A DNA stretch of 64,000 bases from a virus. The notes below the pieces were generated by a model that had not been told where the DNA came from, ran no database searches, and saw only the letters and a list, made by a program, of their open reading frames with translations. Where the stretch lies: the IMG/VR virus record IMGVR_UViG_3300014720_000031, positions 2,881-66,880 of that record; one strand, 5' to 3'. Positions 1 through 8,955 of the stretch are shown piece after piece. The position numbers were made by a program, and so were the translations under genes. The first letter of the stretch is position 1. The number at the start of each line of letters is the position of its first letter.

Positions 1-2976
1 ATTAAAGTAAGAAATGATGATATTTATATTGCTGGAAGAACACCTAATTTAAATAATACAACAGATTATTCTAAAATATTTAAAATAAATAAAAAGGATA
101 TTGTAGATCCAAATTTTTATCCTTTTATCGAAAGAATAAATAACACTAGTACTGCGGCTCCTGCAGGAGGATCAAGTTCAGATGTTTTTGATTTTGATTT
201 TGACAACGAGGGCATATATATCGGTGGAAATTTTCTAACTGTTGGAGGAGAGCAAAGAATAGGCGTTGCTAAGATAGATTATTCTGGAAACTTGATTAGC
301 GGTTTTAACGCAAACTTTCCATATAGTAACAATAGTAATATCTGCAGAGCAGTACTAACGACTGGTAGCGGATTGTTTATATGCGCCGCACCAACAGGAA
401 TTAATGGCGTATCTTTTAATCAAAAAGTATTTAAACTTCATAATGATGGGTCAAGAAATGTTGCTTTTAGCGGAAGACAAACAATAAATTATGCAAGTGC
501 TATGGCAATTTCTGGAAATTCATTATATGTAGGAAATGCGCTTAATAGTGCTTTTGCTGGCGTTACTTATGGGTTGGGCAAAATGAATACAGAAGATGGC
601 GTTATTGATACTAATTTTAGCGTACAAGTTGGAACTAATTCTCCAATTAATAAAATATTAGTGAGTGGCGATAGTTTATATATATGTTCAGATTTTTTTA
701 ATCCTTATGAAAATTTTAATAATGGATTACAGCATTTTGCTACTGGAGTAATTAAGCTTAGAGCTTCTGATGGTAATCCAGATACAGGATTTAAAATAAA
801 TTTTAATACTCATCTTACACCTCCCACAATTCAAGGTATGTTTATAAAAGGTAATGAATTACATATTGTTGGCAATTTTACAGGAATAGAAGGAAAAACT
901 ATAAATAGTTATGCAGTAGTAGATACTACTAGTGGTAGATTATTAGATAATAAAAGCTATTTTGGCGCACAAAATACTAATAGAGCTATAGCTTATGATA
1001 CAAGTAAAGATAGAATAATTATATGCGGAGCATCATTATCACCATATTTTAGCGGATATAATTTTAATTATGACTCAAAAATTAATGTTTTTGATAATAA
1101 TTTTAATCTTTTAAGTGGAATACAATTTACAGGAGCAGGAGTAGGTGTTGGAAACGTAAAGGGATCAGCTTCTCTTAATATAGGTGTAGACGCACTTCAT
1201 GATAACCAAATATTATTTAATAATACAACTGGCTATATAACTTCTGGTGATACGACTACAGTTCAAACATTTATTAGATCCTTTAATATGGAAAATGGCA
1301 ACATGTTAGATACAAGTAATTTTTATCTTTCTGGAAATAACAGATTCACATCAGCTGTAAAATATAATAATGATTATTATTTTGGCGGAGGCTTCGATAG
1401 AGTATCGTCAGTTGGATTTACTGGGACAAGAGCAGGAGTTGTTAAAACAAATATTAGTGGGATTATTGATCAATCGTTTAATCTAAATCTAACAGGCACA
1501 AGCACAGCTGTTGTTCGTAATCTAAAAATAATAGATAATAATTTATATATACTTGGCAATAGCGCTTTAACAGGCGTTAGTGGCATAAGAACCAATAACT
1601 TTGTAAAATATAATCTTTTAAATCAAACTATAGATACGGGATTTAATAGTTTTTTAAATCGTTTTAGTAGAGAAATAAACAATGTTCACAATGATAACCA
1701 AAATAATCTTTATTTTGTCATAACTACAACAAGTGCTACTAGTGCTCTAGAATATACAGGGGTAAATATTTTTGAACATTCTGGACATCTTTTTAAATTT
1801 AATAGCGGCTCATATGAGCCAAATATGAATTTTAGTAGCAAATATTTTATTCTATCTAATGATATATTAATAGATAATAATAAAATCTATGCGCCACTAA
1901 GAAATATGAATAAAGTTAGTGGCTCTACTATATATAAGATAAATAAAAAAACCAGAGAAATTTCTAATGCAAAAGTTTCTCTAATTAGCAGCGGGTCTCA
2001 ACCAGTATATGGTATGTATGGTAATAGCACTTCTCTTTATGTGTGTGGAGCTTTTACTGGGGTAAATGGAATACCCAAAACAGGAGTATGTAAATTAAAT
2101 AAGAGTGACCTTTCATTAGACACTAGTTTTAATTTAAATTTTTATAATACAGGAATTCCTGGTGCAACTACCGTAGAATTGCTAGAGAAAGATAATTATT
2201 TATATATTAGAGGACAATTTAATAGGATTAACAATGACGCATATACAGGTATATGTAGAATAGATAAAACAAATGACACTCTTGACTCATCTTTTAAAAT
2301 AAATTTTAGCGGTATAGAGTTCACAAGTCCATTGCAAAGCGTAATTAGCGGCAAAAATATGTATATAATTTCAAGCGCATCTCCTAATTTTAGAATATTA
2401 GATCTTGATCAGAAAAGTTTTATATTTACAGGACAAGCAGAAGCCTTGAGTTCTGCGAGCATGTTTAGTGTGGTTAATGCAAATAATAATTTATTTATCG
2501 GTGGCATTGCTAACTCAACGAAAACAGATTCAAGATTAGTAGGAAGTAGAGGCAGAGGAGTTTTTATAGCGGGTTATAATAGTGGAGAATTGTTGCCTCC
2601 ATATAGCGTATGGAATAGTAATGCTTTTGCTACCTATGCATTTGGAAGTTATTTGCCTATTAATAATACAGTCGCAATGAACTCTACTACTCCAACGACA
2701 TTAAATAATACCACAAATAAAGGCACAAATAATACTGTATTTTTTGATGCAAATAAAATGTATATCAAAAATAAAAGAACCACAAACTGGGCAGTCTCGC
2801 TCCCAAATAATGTTAATACTTTTGTTTATGTTAAAAATAGTGAATATTATATGACGTATAGTAACTACCTTTTTGCTAATCCAGAAGATAATATAAATTA
2901 TATAACTAATTCTGCTTATACTTTGGGCGTAGTTAAATATGATCCTATCAAGGAAAGGTATGATATTATAGTGTAA
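1..2976 (+). CDS. 5'-truncated beta-propeller repeat protein (delta-60/DUF5122-like), probable virion surface/adhesion protein
   Basis: Frame +1 is open from base 1, so the TTG at 292 is not the true start. Repeated 'xDTxF/DPNF' and 'YxGGxF...R.GV.K' blade motifs; many SG/TG dipeptides. Confidence 0.65.
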   Translation: MKVRNDDIYIAGRTPNLNNTTDYSKIFKINKKDIVDPNFYPFIERINNTSTAAPAGGSSSDVFDFDFDNEGIYIGGNFLTVGGEQRIGVAKIDYSGNLISGFNANFPYSNNSNICRAVLTTGSGLFICAAPTGINGVSFNQKVFKLHNDGSRNVAFSGRQTINYASAMAISGNSLYVGNALNSAFAGVTYGLGKMNTEDGVIDTNFSVQVGTNSPINKILVSGDSLYICSDFFNPYENFNNGLQHFATGVIKLRASDGNPDTGFKINFNTHLTPPTIQGMFIKGNELHIVGNFTGIEGKTINSYAVVDTTSGRLLDNKSYFGAQNTNRAIAYDTSKDRIIICGASLSPYFSGYNFNYDSKINVFDNNFNLLSGIQFTGAGVGVGNVKGSASLNIGVDALHDNQILFNNTTGYITSGDTTTVQTFIRSFNMENGNMLDTSNFYLSGNNRFTSAVKYNNDYYFGGGFDRVSSVGFTGTRAGVVKTNISGIIDQSFNLNLTGTSTAVVRNLKIIDNNLYILGNSALTGVSGIRTNNFVKYNLLNQTIDTGFNSFLNRFSREINNVHNDNQNNLYFVITTTSATSALEYTGVNIFEHSGHLFKFNSGSYEPNMNFSSKYFILSNDILIDNNKIYAPLRNMNKVSGSTIYKINKKTREISNAKVSLISSGSQPVYGMYGNSTSLYVCGAFTGVNGIPKTGVCKLNKSDLSLDTSFNLNFYNTGIPGATTVELLEKDNYLYIRGQFNRINNDAYTGICRIDKTNDTLDSSFKINFSGIEFTSPLQSVISGKNMYIISSASPNFRILDLDQKSFIFTGQAEALSSASMFSVVNANNNLFIGGIANSTKTDSRLVGSRGRGVFIAGYNSGELLPPYSVWNSNAFATYAFGSYLPINNTVAMNSTTPTTLNNTTNKGTNNTVFFDANKMYIKNKRTTNWAVSLPNNVNTFVYVKNSEYYMTYSNYLFANPEDNINYITNSAYTLGVVKYDPIKERYDIIV
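2971..2976 (+). promoter_or_regulatory. GTGTAA putative late-promoter motif
   Basis: AGTGTAATATAATA 11 nt before ATG 2988; the same 14-mer lies upstream of the 25672 start; overlaps the upstream TAA stop. Confidence 0.6.
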
Positions 2977-2987
2977 TATAATATACT

Positions 2988-3497
2988 ATGACTACTAAAA
3001 TCGTTGATATTGCAGATGAACTTTACAGAGAAATGGGCGAACCCTCTGACTTAAGCATAGCTTCAGTGGCTTATTGGCTAAGAACAAATATTGGAGATTT
3101 AAATATTACCATTAATAAAGAATATACCATAAATGAAACTACATTAGAAATAGAAGTTCCTGAAGATGATATTTTTGGCGTAACAGAAAAAAGTATTTTT
3201 AAAATGTTATTTGGCATTCATTACTATGAAAGATTATTAAGAAATGCCCTTGGCGCAGCTAGCACAGACAGCACAATAGAAATTGATCAAAATGGTTTTC
3301 GCGCTAAAAGAGTTAATAAAAATGAATTGGCTAAAACATACGCAGAATTAAGAAAACAAATTTCTCAAGAGTTAGATATTCTTACTAAAAATTATAACTT
3401 AAATGAGGCTCGTCCTTTACAAGTGGCTGGAGACGATACAATAGAGTCCTCTTCTAGATCTTATAATTATTCTATAAGAAATACAGAAAGCATATGA
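2988..3497 (+). CDS. putative head-tail adaptor/neck protein
   Basis: 169-aa helical ORF, first of four small genes preceding the tail tube (synteny only). Confidence 0.4.
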   Translation: MTTKIVDIADELYREMGEPSDLSIASVAYWLRTNIGDLNITINKEYTINETTLEIEVPEDDIFGVTEKSIFKMLFGIHYYERLLRNALGAASTDSTIEIDQNGFRAKRVNKNELAKTYAELRKQISQELDILTKNYNLNEARPLQVAGDDTIESSSRSYNYSIRNTESI

Positions 3498-3501
3498 TTT
3501 T

Positions 3502-3951
3502 ATGGGAGACTTTTTATCAGAAGCGGACAAAAAATGGTTTTCAGACGCAGCCACAAGTTGGTTCGATACATTTAAAAGACAAATAACCATACATAAAGAG
3601 CCTTTAAAGACAATAAAAAATAATATAAATACTCAGCTTTTTGGGTATGGTCAAAACGGACAAACAACAAATAAAGAAATTGAATATACTCCAAGAAGTC
3701 AGAGCTTTTATGCGGTTATTAAATATAATAACAATCAAGATTTAAATTTAATCTCCGATATTAATGCTTATGTTACTTCTCAAAATTATGTAACTATAAT
3801 TGTTAATTCTACAGCAAAAGATTATATAAATAAAGATAAGACAGAAAAAATATCTTTTGATCAAAAATCTTTTAATGTAATTTCTAAAGGTACAACGAAA
3901 TATTATTTTTCTACAGAATATTATGAATTTATTTTACAGGAGATAACATAA
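3502..3951 (+). CDS. putative head-closure/stopper protein
   Basis: 149-aa beta-rich ORF in the neck gene position. Confidence 0.35.
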   Translation: MGDFLSEADKKWFSDAATSWFDTFKRQITIHKEPLKTIKNNINTQLFGYGQNGQTTNKEIEYTPRSQSFYAVIKYNNNQDLNLISDINAYVTSQNYVTIIVNSTAKDYINKDKTEKISFDQKSFNVISKGTTKYYFSTEYYEFILQEIT

Positions 3952-4547
3952 TGCCAGTCACAATAAACAGAAATATTCTTTTAAAAAAATTTAAAAAATT
4001 TGATCTGTCATCTTTAGAAGATGAAGCAGAAAAAATTGCAGAAAGTAAAATCAATAAAATTAGAGAAGAACTTATTAATGATTTTGAAAATCATCCTGTA
4101 ACTAAAGAAATACAAGCTGGTCCAGATGCAGAAAATTCTTCTTCCACTTTGAATGGAGTTGGTAATCTTAGTTCTTACATTGGATTTTCACCAGCCGATA
4201 ATCCAATAGAACCAGTTAAAAATATTTTAAAAACAGTAAGAATCACTAGTAAACCTAAAAAAATTAATAATCAAGAAGGTGTATCTTTCGAGTTTGATGT
4301 AATATCTCCTACAATCGAAGAAATAGAATCTGTTGGAAAACTTCCATTTGAACAAGGTCAAAGCTGGGTGAAAGGAATAGAAAGTGGAATATCTGGTTTT
4401 GGAGCTTATATATATGGAAAAATGTTTAAAAATAGTAGATCTGGTAAAGGATTACAATCTAAAAATTCTTTTAGACAAGGAGCTTTTAGACCTGTAAGAT
4501 ATTTATCTGAAATTATGGGAAAATTTTATTTAAAAATTAAAAAATGA
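3951..4547 (+). CDS. putative tail completion/neck protein
   Basis: 198-aa ORF with basic C-terminus (RPVRYL), translationally coupled; synteny. Confidence 0.35.
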   Translation: MPVTINRNILLKKFKKFDLSSLEDEAEKIAESKINKIREELINDFENHPVTKEIQAGPDAENSSSTLNGVGNLSSYIGFSPADNPIEPVKNILKTVRITSKPKKINNQEGVSFEFDVISPTIEEIESVGKLPFEQGQSWVKGIESGISGFGAYIYGKMFKNSRSGKGLQSKNSFRQGAFRPVRYLSEIMGKFYLKIKK

Positions 4548-5395
4548 AACCTCAATTAGATAATTTATTAATGTCAAATATGTTATTATGGATAGATCAT
4601 GAAATATGTTCCAAAGGAGAAGCTTTTACTAATTATTCTGGAGATTTTTATCCAGTTGATAGTTTAATAAATGGTTTTTTTGCTTATGGATTACCATTTA
4701 AGCAGATCGTTTCTGATAGATCAATTACTGGAGCCTCGATAATTTCTGGAGTATATTTAAATGGATCTTTTGTAGCTCCTGGAATTTCTGGATTTTCTGG
4801 AATAAATCCAAATGTTGGTTATTCATTTTTCTCTTCTGATCCATCTACAACTGGAATAAGCGGTAATTATTCTGTAAAAGATTTTAATATTTATTTAACA
4901 AGCCTTGCAGAAGAACAGCTTATTTTTGAAACAAAATTTGAAATTAATCCTAAAGTTCAACAAAATCCTACAGGAATAGCTAGTACAGCTTTAACTTATC
5001 CAGCAATATTTTTAAAGAATAATGGCGGTCAAAATAAACCATTTGCTTTGGGTGGTGAAGACGAAACAATATTTCAAGTAAGATCTATAGTTATGGCTGA
5101 TAATCTATTTTCTTTGGATGCGGTTTGCGCTATATTAAGAGATACGGCAAGAAAACACATACCATTAATATCACAAGATAATATGCCTTTTGATAATTAT
5201 GGCATGATAAAGAATAACTATTATAATTATAAAGAATTAATATCTGGTATAGGATATCCTAATCTAATTTACGTTAAATCTGTTAATGTTAGCAAAATTA
5301 TACCATTTAGATATGAATATAATAATGTTAATCCAGAGATATTTAGCGCTTTTGTTGATTTTGAAATATCTGATATAAGATACCCTCATTTATAA
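4544..5395 (+). CDS. putative tail terminator protein
   Basis: 283 aa, 'YPAIFL' motif, directly upstream of the tube gene; SG/TG rich. Confidence 0.45.
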   Translation: MKPQLDNLLMSNMLLWIDHEICSKGEAFTNYSGDFYPVDSLINGFFAYGLPFKQIVSDRSITGASIISGVYLNGSFVAPGISGFSGINPNVGYSFFSSDPSTTGISGNYSVKDFNIYLTSLAEEQLIFETKFEINPKVQQNPTGIASTALTYPAIFLKNNGGQNKPFALGGEDETIFQVRSIVMADNLFSLDAVCAILRDTARKHIPLISQDNMPFDNYGMIKNNYYNYKELISGIGYPNLIYVKSVNVSKIIPFRYEYNNVNPEIFSAFVDFEISDIRYPHL

Positions 5396-5459
5396 TATAA
5401 TTTTCTTCTCTTTGGGTTAAAAACAATGTAATAATGTATATATTTAAGGAGATTTTAAT

Positions 5460-6536
5460 ATGGCTAATAGAAATAGAGTAATTTATCAATCAGAGGCACT
5501 TTTCGTAGGACCAACAGGAAGTGCTACAGGAGACATCAAACAATTAACTCGTGTCCAAAGTTGTAATTATAGTTTTAACGTTACCCGTCAAGACGTTAAT
5601 CAATTTGGACAACTTGCTGCAATTGATCGTGTAATTTTAGAGCAACCAACAGTAAGTCTAGATTTTAGTTACTATACTAATACAGGAAATAACGAATCTA
5701 ATTTGGGATTATATGTAAATCCTACTGGTGCAGCTTCAATTACTGGCGCACTAGCTCAAATCATGCAAAACGTAGGCGATATTAAAAATTATTACATCCT
5801 TGTTTCTCCAGAAGGCACTGACATCAACAATAACACTGGCGTTATCGACCTAGCAAATACTAGATCAATTGGAATTGGAAATGCTTATCTTTCTTCATAC
5901 TCTTTTGAAGCAGCCGTAGGAAGTTTCCCAACAAATACAGTTAATGTTCAAGCATATAACATGCGTTTTTATGGCGCTTCTACAGGTGAAATTCCAACAA
6001 TAAGTCAAGTAGACGGTTCTAACTTAACCGGTCAATTTGCTATCACTGGAGTAACTACTGGTGGCGGATATTCAGCTCTAAAACCAGGAGACATTAATCT
6101 AACCGTTAGCGGAGCAATTGGTGCTGTAATTGAAGATTTAAAACCTCAAAACGTTTCAATCTCTTTTGATATCGGTAGAGAAGATCTTCAAAAATTGGGA
6201 ACAAAATTTGCATTCGCAAAAGTAATTACTTTCCCATTAACAGCTACAATGACTGTAGATGCTGTACTTGGAGATATCGAAGCAGCAAATCTTGCAACAC
6301 TAGTAAATGGAGATTGCGACAAATATAATTTACAAGTCGCTATCAATGGAGCAGCTTGCGGATCAACTGCAAAGCAAGCTATTAAATACATATTCAAGGG
6401 CGCAAAATTAGATTCACAAGAATTTACAAGCTCAGTAGGCGCCAATAAATCCGTATCATTATCATTCACAACTCAAATTGGTGGACCAACCGATAATGAA
6501 AACGGAGTATTTATCGAAGGGCCAGCAACAACCTAA
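5460..6536 (+). CDS. major tail tube protein (two internally duplicated tube domains)
   Basis: Strong SD (AAGGAG at 5446), beta-strand pattern of tube proteins, followed by a strong terminator and upstream of chaperones and tape measure. Confidence 0.75.
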   Translation: MANRNRVIYQSEALFVGPTGSATGDIKQLTRVQSCNYSFNVTRQDVNQFGQLAAIDRVILEQPTVSLDFSYYTNTGNNESNLGLYVNPTGAASITGALAQIMQNVGDIKNYYILVSPEGTDINNNTGVIDLANTRSIGIGNAYLSSYSFEAAVGSFPTNTVNVQAYNMRFYGASTGEIPTISQVDGSNLTGQFAITGVTTGGGYSALKPGDINLTVSGAIGAVIEDLKPQNVSISFDIGREDLQKLGTKFAFAKVITFPLTATMTVDAVLGDIEAANLATLVNGDCDKYNLQVAINGAACGSTAKQAIKYIFKGAKLDSQEFTSSVGANKSVSLSFTTQIGGPTDNENGVFIEGPATT

Positions 6537-6557
6537 AGATTATATAAAATTATATAA

Positions 6558-6590
6558 CTAGAAAACCCTGCTTTGAGCAGGGTTTTTTAG
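6558..6590 (+). terminator. intrinsic terminator
   Basis: AAAACCCTGCT-TTG-AGCAGGGTTTT hairpin ending in a T run, right after the tube gene. Confidence 0.85.
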
Positions 6591-6632
6591 TGTAATTATT
6601 TGTAGGTTAAAGGTTCAAAAAGGTTAAAGGTT
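6590..6632 (+). promoter_or_regulatory. GTGTAA motif plus leader with tandem AGGTT repeats
   Basis: GTGTAA at 6590 directly after the terminator; AGGTTAAAGGTT twice (6604-6615, 6621-6632) before ATG 6633. Confidence 0.55.
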
Positions 6633-6935
6633 ATGGATAATAACGAAAAAGTTAAGGAATACGTATTATTTCAAATACATAAAAATCTTGTTAATTTATA
6701 TAAAAGATATTTAAATTTAATAGAAGACCTACAAGAAGATCATCACTCTATGATGTATAAACTTTCGAATGAAATTAATCAAAATATGTTAAAAAATATA
6801 GATTATTTTAATCAAACTAAATATAATTATTTAAGGAAAAAGATATTAGACCTAGGAAATGAATCTATAAGAGAAATAGAAAAGAATTTTGATTTTATAA
6901 AAATGGAATTTAAAGATGATGAAAATAAAGAATAA
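6633..6935 (+). CDS. hypothetical protein
   Basis: 100-aa helical ORF with leader motifs. Confidence 0.6.
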   Translation: MDNNEKVKEYVLFQIHKNLVNLYKRYLNLIEDLQEDHHSMMYKLSNEINQNMLKNIDYFNQTKYNYLRKKILDLGNESIREIEKNFDFIKMEFKDDENKE

Positions 6936-7188
6936 ATACATTAAATTTTCTATAGATAAAATTATAGAAATGAATTTAAGCATGCAAACAATTCAAAGAG
7001 AATTAAATAAACTAGGATTTCGAAATCTATCTATTAATACATTTAAAAATAAAAACTTTTTGAACTTGTATAATAGTTGGGGGGAAGAAAAAAAGAATGG
7101 CTTTATAAAACTTATTGGAGGAAATGCAAATTTCAAAAAAACAAAAGCCTATTTAGAAACTTTAGAAACAGGAGAAAATTATGAATAA
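6916..7188 (+). CDS. hypothetical protein
   Basis: 90-aa ORF overlapping both neighbours. Confidence 0.5.
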   Translation: MMKIKNKYIKFSIDKIIEMNLSMQTIQRELNKLGFRNLSINTFKNKNFLNLYNSWGEEKKNGFIKLIGGNANFKKTKAYLETLETGENYE

Positions 7189-7921
7189 AAAAATCTATGA
7201 ATTTATAGTAAGAAAAGAAGAAGAAGTCGATCAGGTCAACACAAAGATCGAAGATGGAAAAGAAATAACAATCACTTCTAAAGCTAAAGAATTAGTTAAT
7301 AGAAAATTTTTTATTAAAAAACCTACGCGAGGATTATTCGAAGAAGCAGAACTCTTTTATGCTGTAAAATTATCAGAAGGTATTAAAGCTGGTCTTCTTA
7401 CGAGATCGCTATTAGCAAAAAGATATGCTAATGATGGTGGAGCTTTAAGCGATATTGAGAAAGAAAAGTATGCAGAATATTATGTAAAACTTTTTGATAA
7501 ACAAAATGAATTTCAAAAACTTTCAATTAAAGATAAACTTGAAAGAACAAAAGAAGAGCAAGAGCATTTCGACAAACTAACTTCCGACATTATAAATATA
7601 AGAAATGAAATACAGGATTTTGAAATTGCTCAAGCTAGTCTATTTGATCAGACTGCAGAAAATAGAGCAAGAAATAAAACCATCCTATGGTGGATTTTAC
7701 ATCTATCATATATGATTGATAAAGAAGGTAAAGAAACATGTATATTTGGAGATGGACCTTTTGAGGAAAGGCTTGCAATCTATGATGGCTTGGAAGAAAG
7801 TCAAGATGAATGGTTAAAGACTGTTGTTAAAAAATTTGCTTTCTATGTTAGCTTTTGGTACATGGGTAGAGCAAGCACTCAAGAAGAATTTGAAAAACTG
7901 GTTACATTTGAAAATGTTTAA
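7181..7921 (+). CDS. putative tail assembly chaperone
   Basis: SD GGAG at 7171; charged coiled-coil protein between tube and tape measure genes. Confidence 0.5.
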   Translation: MNKKIYEFIVRKEEEVDQVNTKIEDGKEITITSKAKELVNRKFFIKKPTRGLFEEAELFYAVKLSEGIKAGLLTRSLLAKRYANDGGALSDIEKEKYAEYYVKLFDKQNEFQKLSIKDKLERTKEEQEHFDKLTSDIINIRNEIQDFEIAQASLFDQTAENRARNKTILWWILHLSYMIDKEGKETCIFGDGPFEERLAIYDGLEESQDEWLKTVVKKFAFYVSFWYMGRASTQEEFEKLVTFENV

Positions 7922-7923
7922 TC

Positions 7924-8916
7924 TTGAACCAAGAAGACTACAAGTTAATATATCATGATATTATAAATGGCTATTCGTTTTATACGGATGAAGTAGATTC
8001 TTTTTATATTAAACATTTTAAATTAGAAGATCTTAACGAAGTAAATAAAAGAAAATCTCAGATAGAAAATAAAGCCAGAAAACTTGGGCTTCTTGACGAA
8101 GAAACTCAAATTAAAAACCTTATTGATAAAGATAATTGGTCTAACGAAAGAGAAGAAGAAATATCTAAATTAAAATCTTTTATAAAAGATTTAAGGTACA
8201 CAAAATCTAAATTAATAATCACAAGAGATATAGACCATATAAATAGTCAGATTAAGGAAAATGAGGATAAATTAAATAAGATACTTAAAGAAAGGGAAGA
8301 GCTACTAGGTACTACCCTTGAGTCTTATTCAAATAAGAAAATTAGCGAATACTATATATTTTTATCTATATTTAAAGATGAACGATTAAAAGAAAGGCTT
8401 TTTACTAAAGAGCAATTTGAAGAACTTGAATATAAAGAACTTTTTCAATATTATTCAAAATATAATAAAGGTTTATCATTTTTAACAGAAAAGAATATTA
8501 AGAAAGTAGCATTATCGTCTTTCTTTCTAAATAGTTTCTATTTATGTGAGGATAGTCCTTTGATATTCTTTGGTAAACCAGTAATTGAATTAACTTTCAG
8601 TCAAGTAGAGTTATTTGCCTATGGTAAATATTTTAAGAATATATTGACTAATGCAACCACAAAGCCACCAGATAACGTAATGGATGACCCAGAAGCTCTT
8701 GTAGACTGGTATGAAGGGTCAAAGAACGCAAATAAAGCTATCAATAAAAACTCATCAAATAAAGAGGTTTTAGGTGCATCAATCGTAGGAGCATCTAAGC
8801 AAGATCTTAAAAAGTTGGGAATAGATAAACAGGGAGGAATTGACTTAGTAAAAGAGGCAGAGAAAAAAGGCGGATCGCTCTCTTTCCAAGATCTTATAAA
8901 ATTACATAATGCTTAA
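7924..8916 (+). CDS. putative tail assembly chaperone 2 (pre-tape-measure)
   Basis: 330 aa, coiled-coil, 'PPDNVMDDPEALVDWY'; directly upstream of the tape measure gene. Confidence 0.45.
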   Translation: MNQEDYKLIYHDIINGYSFYTDEVDSFYIKHFKLEDLNEVNKRKSQIENKARKLGLLDEETQIKNLIDKDNWSNEREEEISKLKSFIKDLRYTKSKLIITRDIDHINSQIKENEDKLNKILKEREELLGTTLESYSNKKISEYYIFLSIFKDERLKERLFTKEQFEELEYKELFQYYSKYNKGLSFLTEKNIKKVALSSFFLNSFYLCEDSPLIFFGKPVIELTFSQVELFAYGKYFKNILTNATTKPPDNVMDDPEALVDWYEGSKNANKAINKNSSNKEVLGASIVGASKQDLKKLGIDKQGGIDLVKEAEKKGGSLSFQDLIKLHNA

Positions 8917-8922
8917 TATTTA

Positions 8923-8928
8923 GTGTAA
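8923..8928 (+). promoter_or_regulatory. GTGTAA putative late-promoter motif
   Basis: AGTGTAAT in the gap before the tape measure gene. Confidence 0.55.
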
Positions 8929-8955
8929 TTTTATGATAGGAAAGAGGTACAAGGC

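Noticed and set aside
7890-7930. Programmed -1 frameshift joining the two chaperone genes (lambda G/GT style)
   Set aside because: The -1 frame is open for only ~10 nt before the stop (TGA at 7909) and has no XXXYYYZ slippery heptamer.
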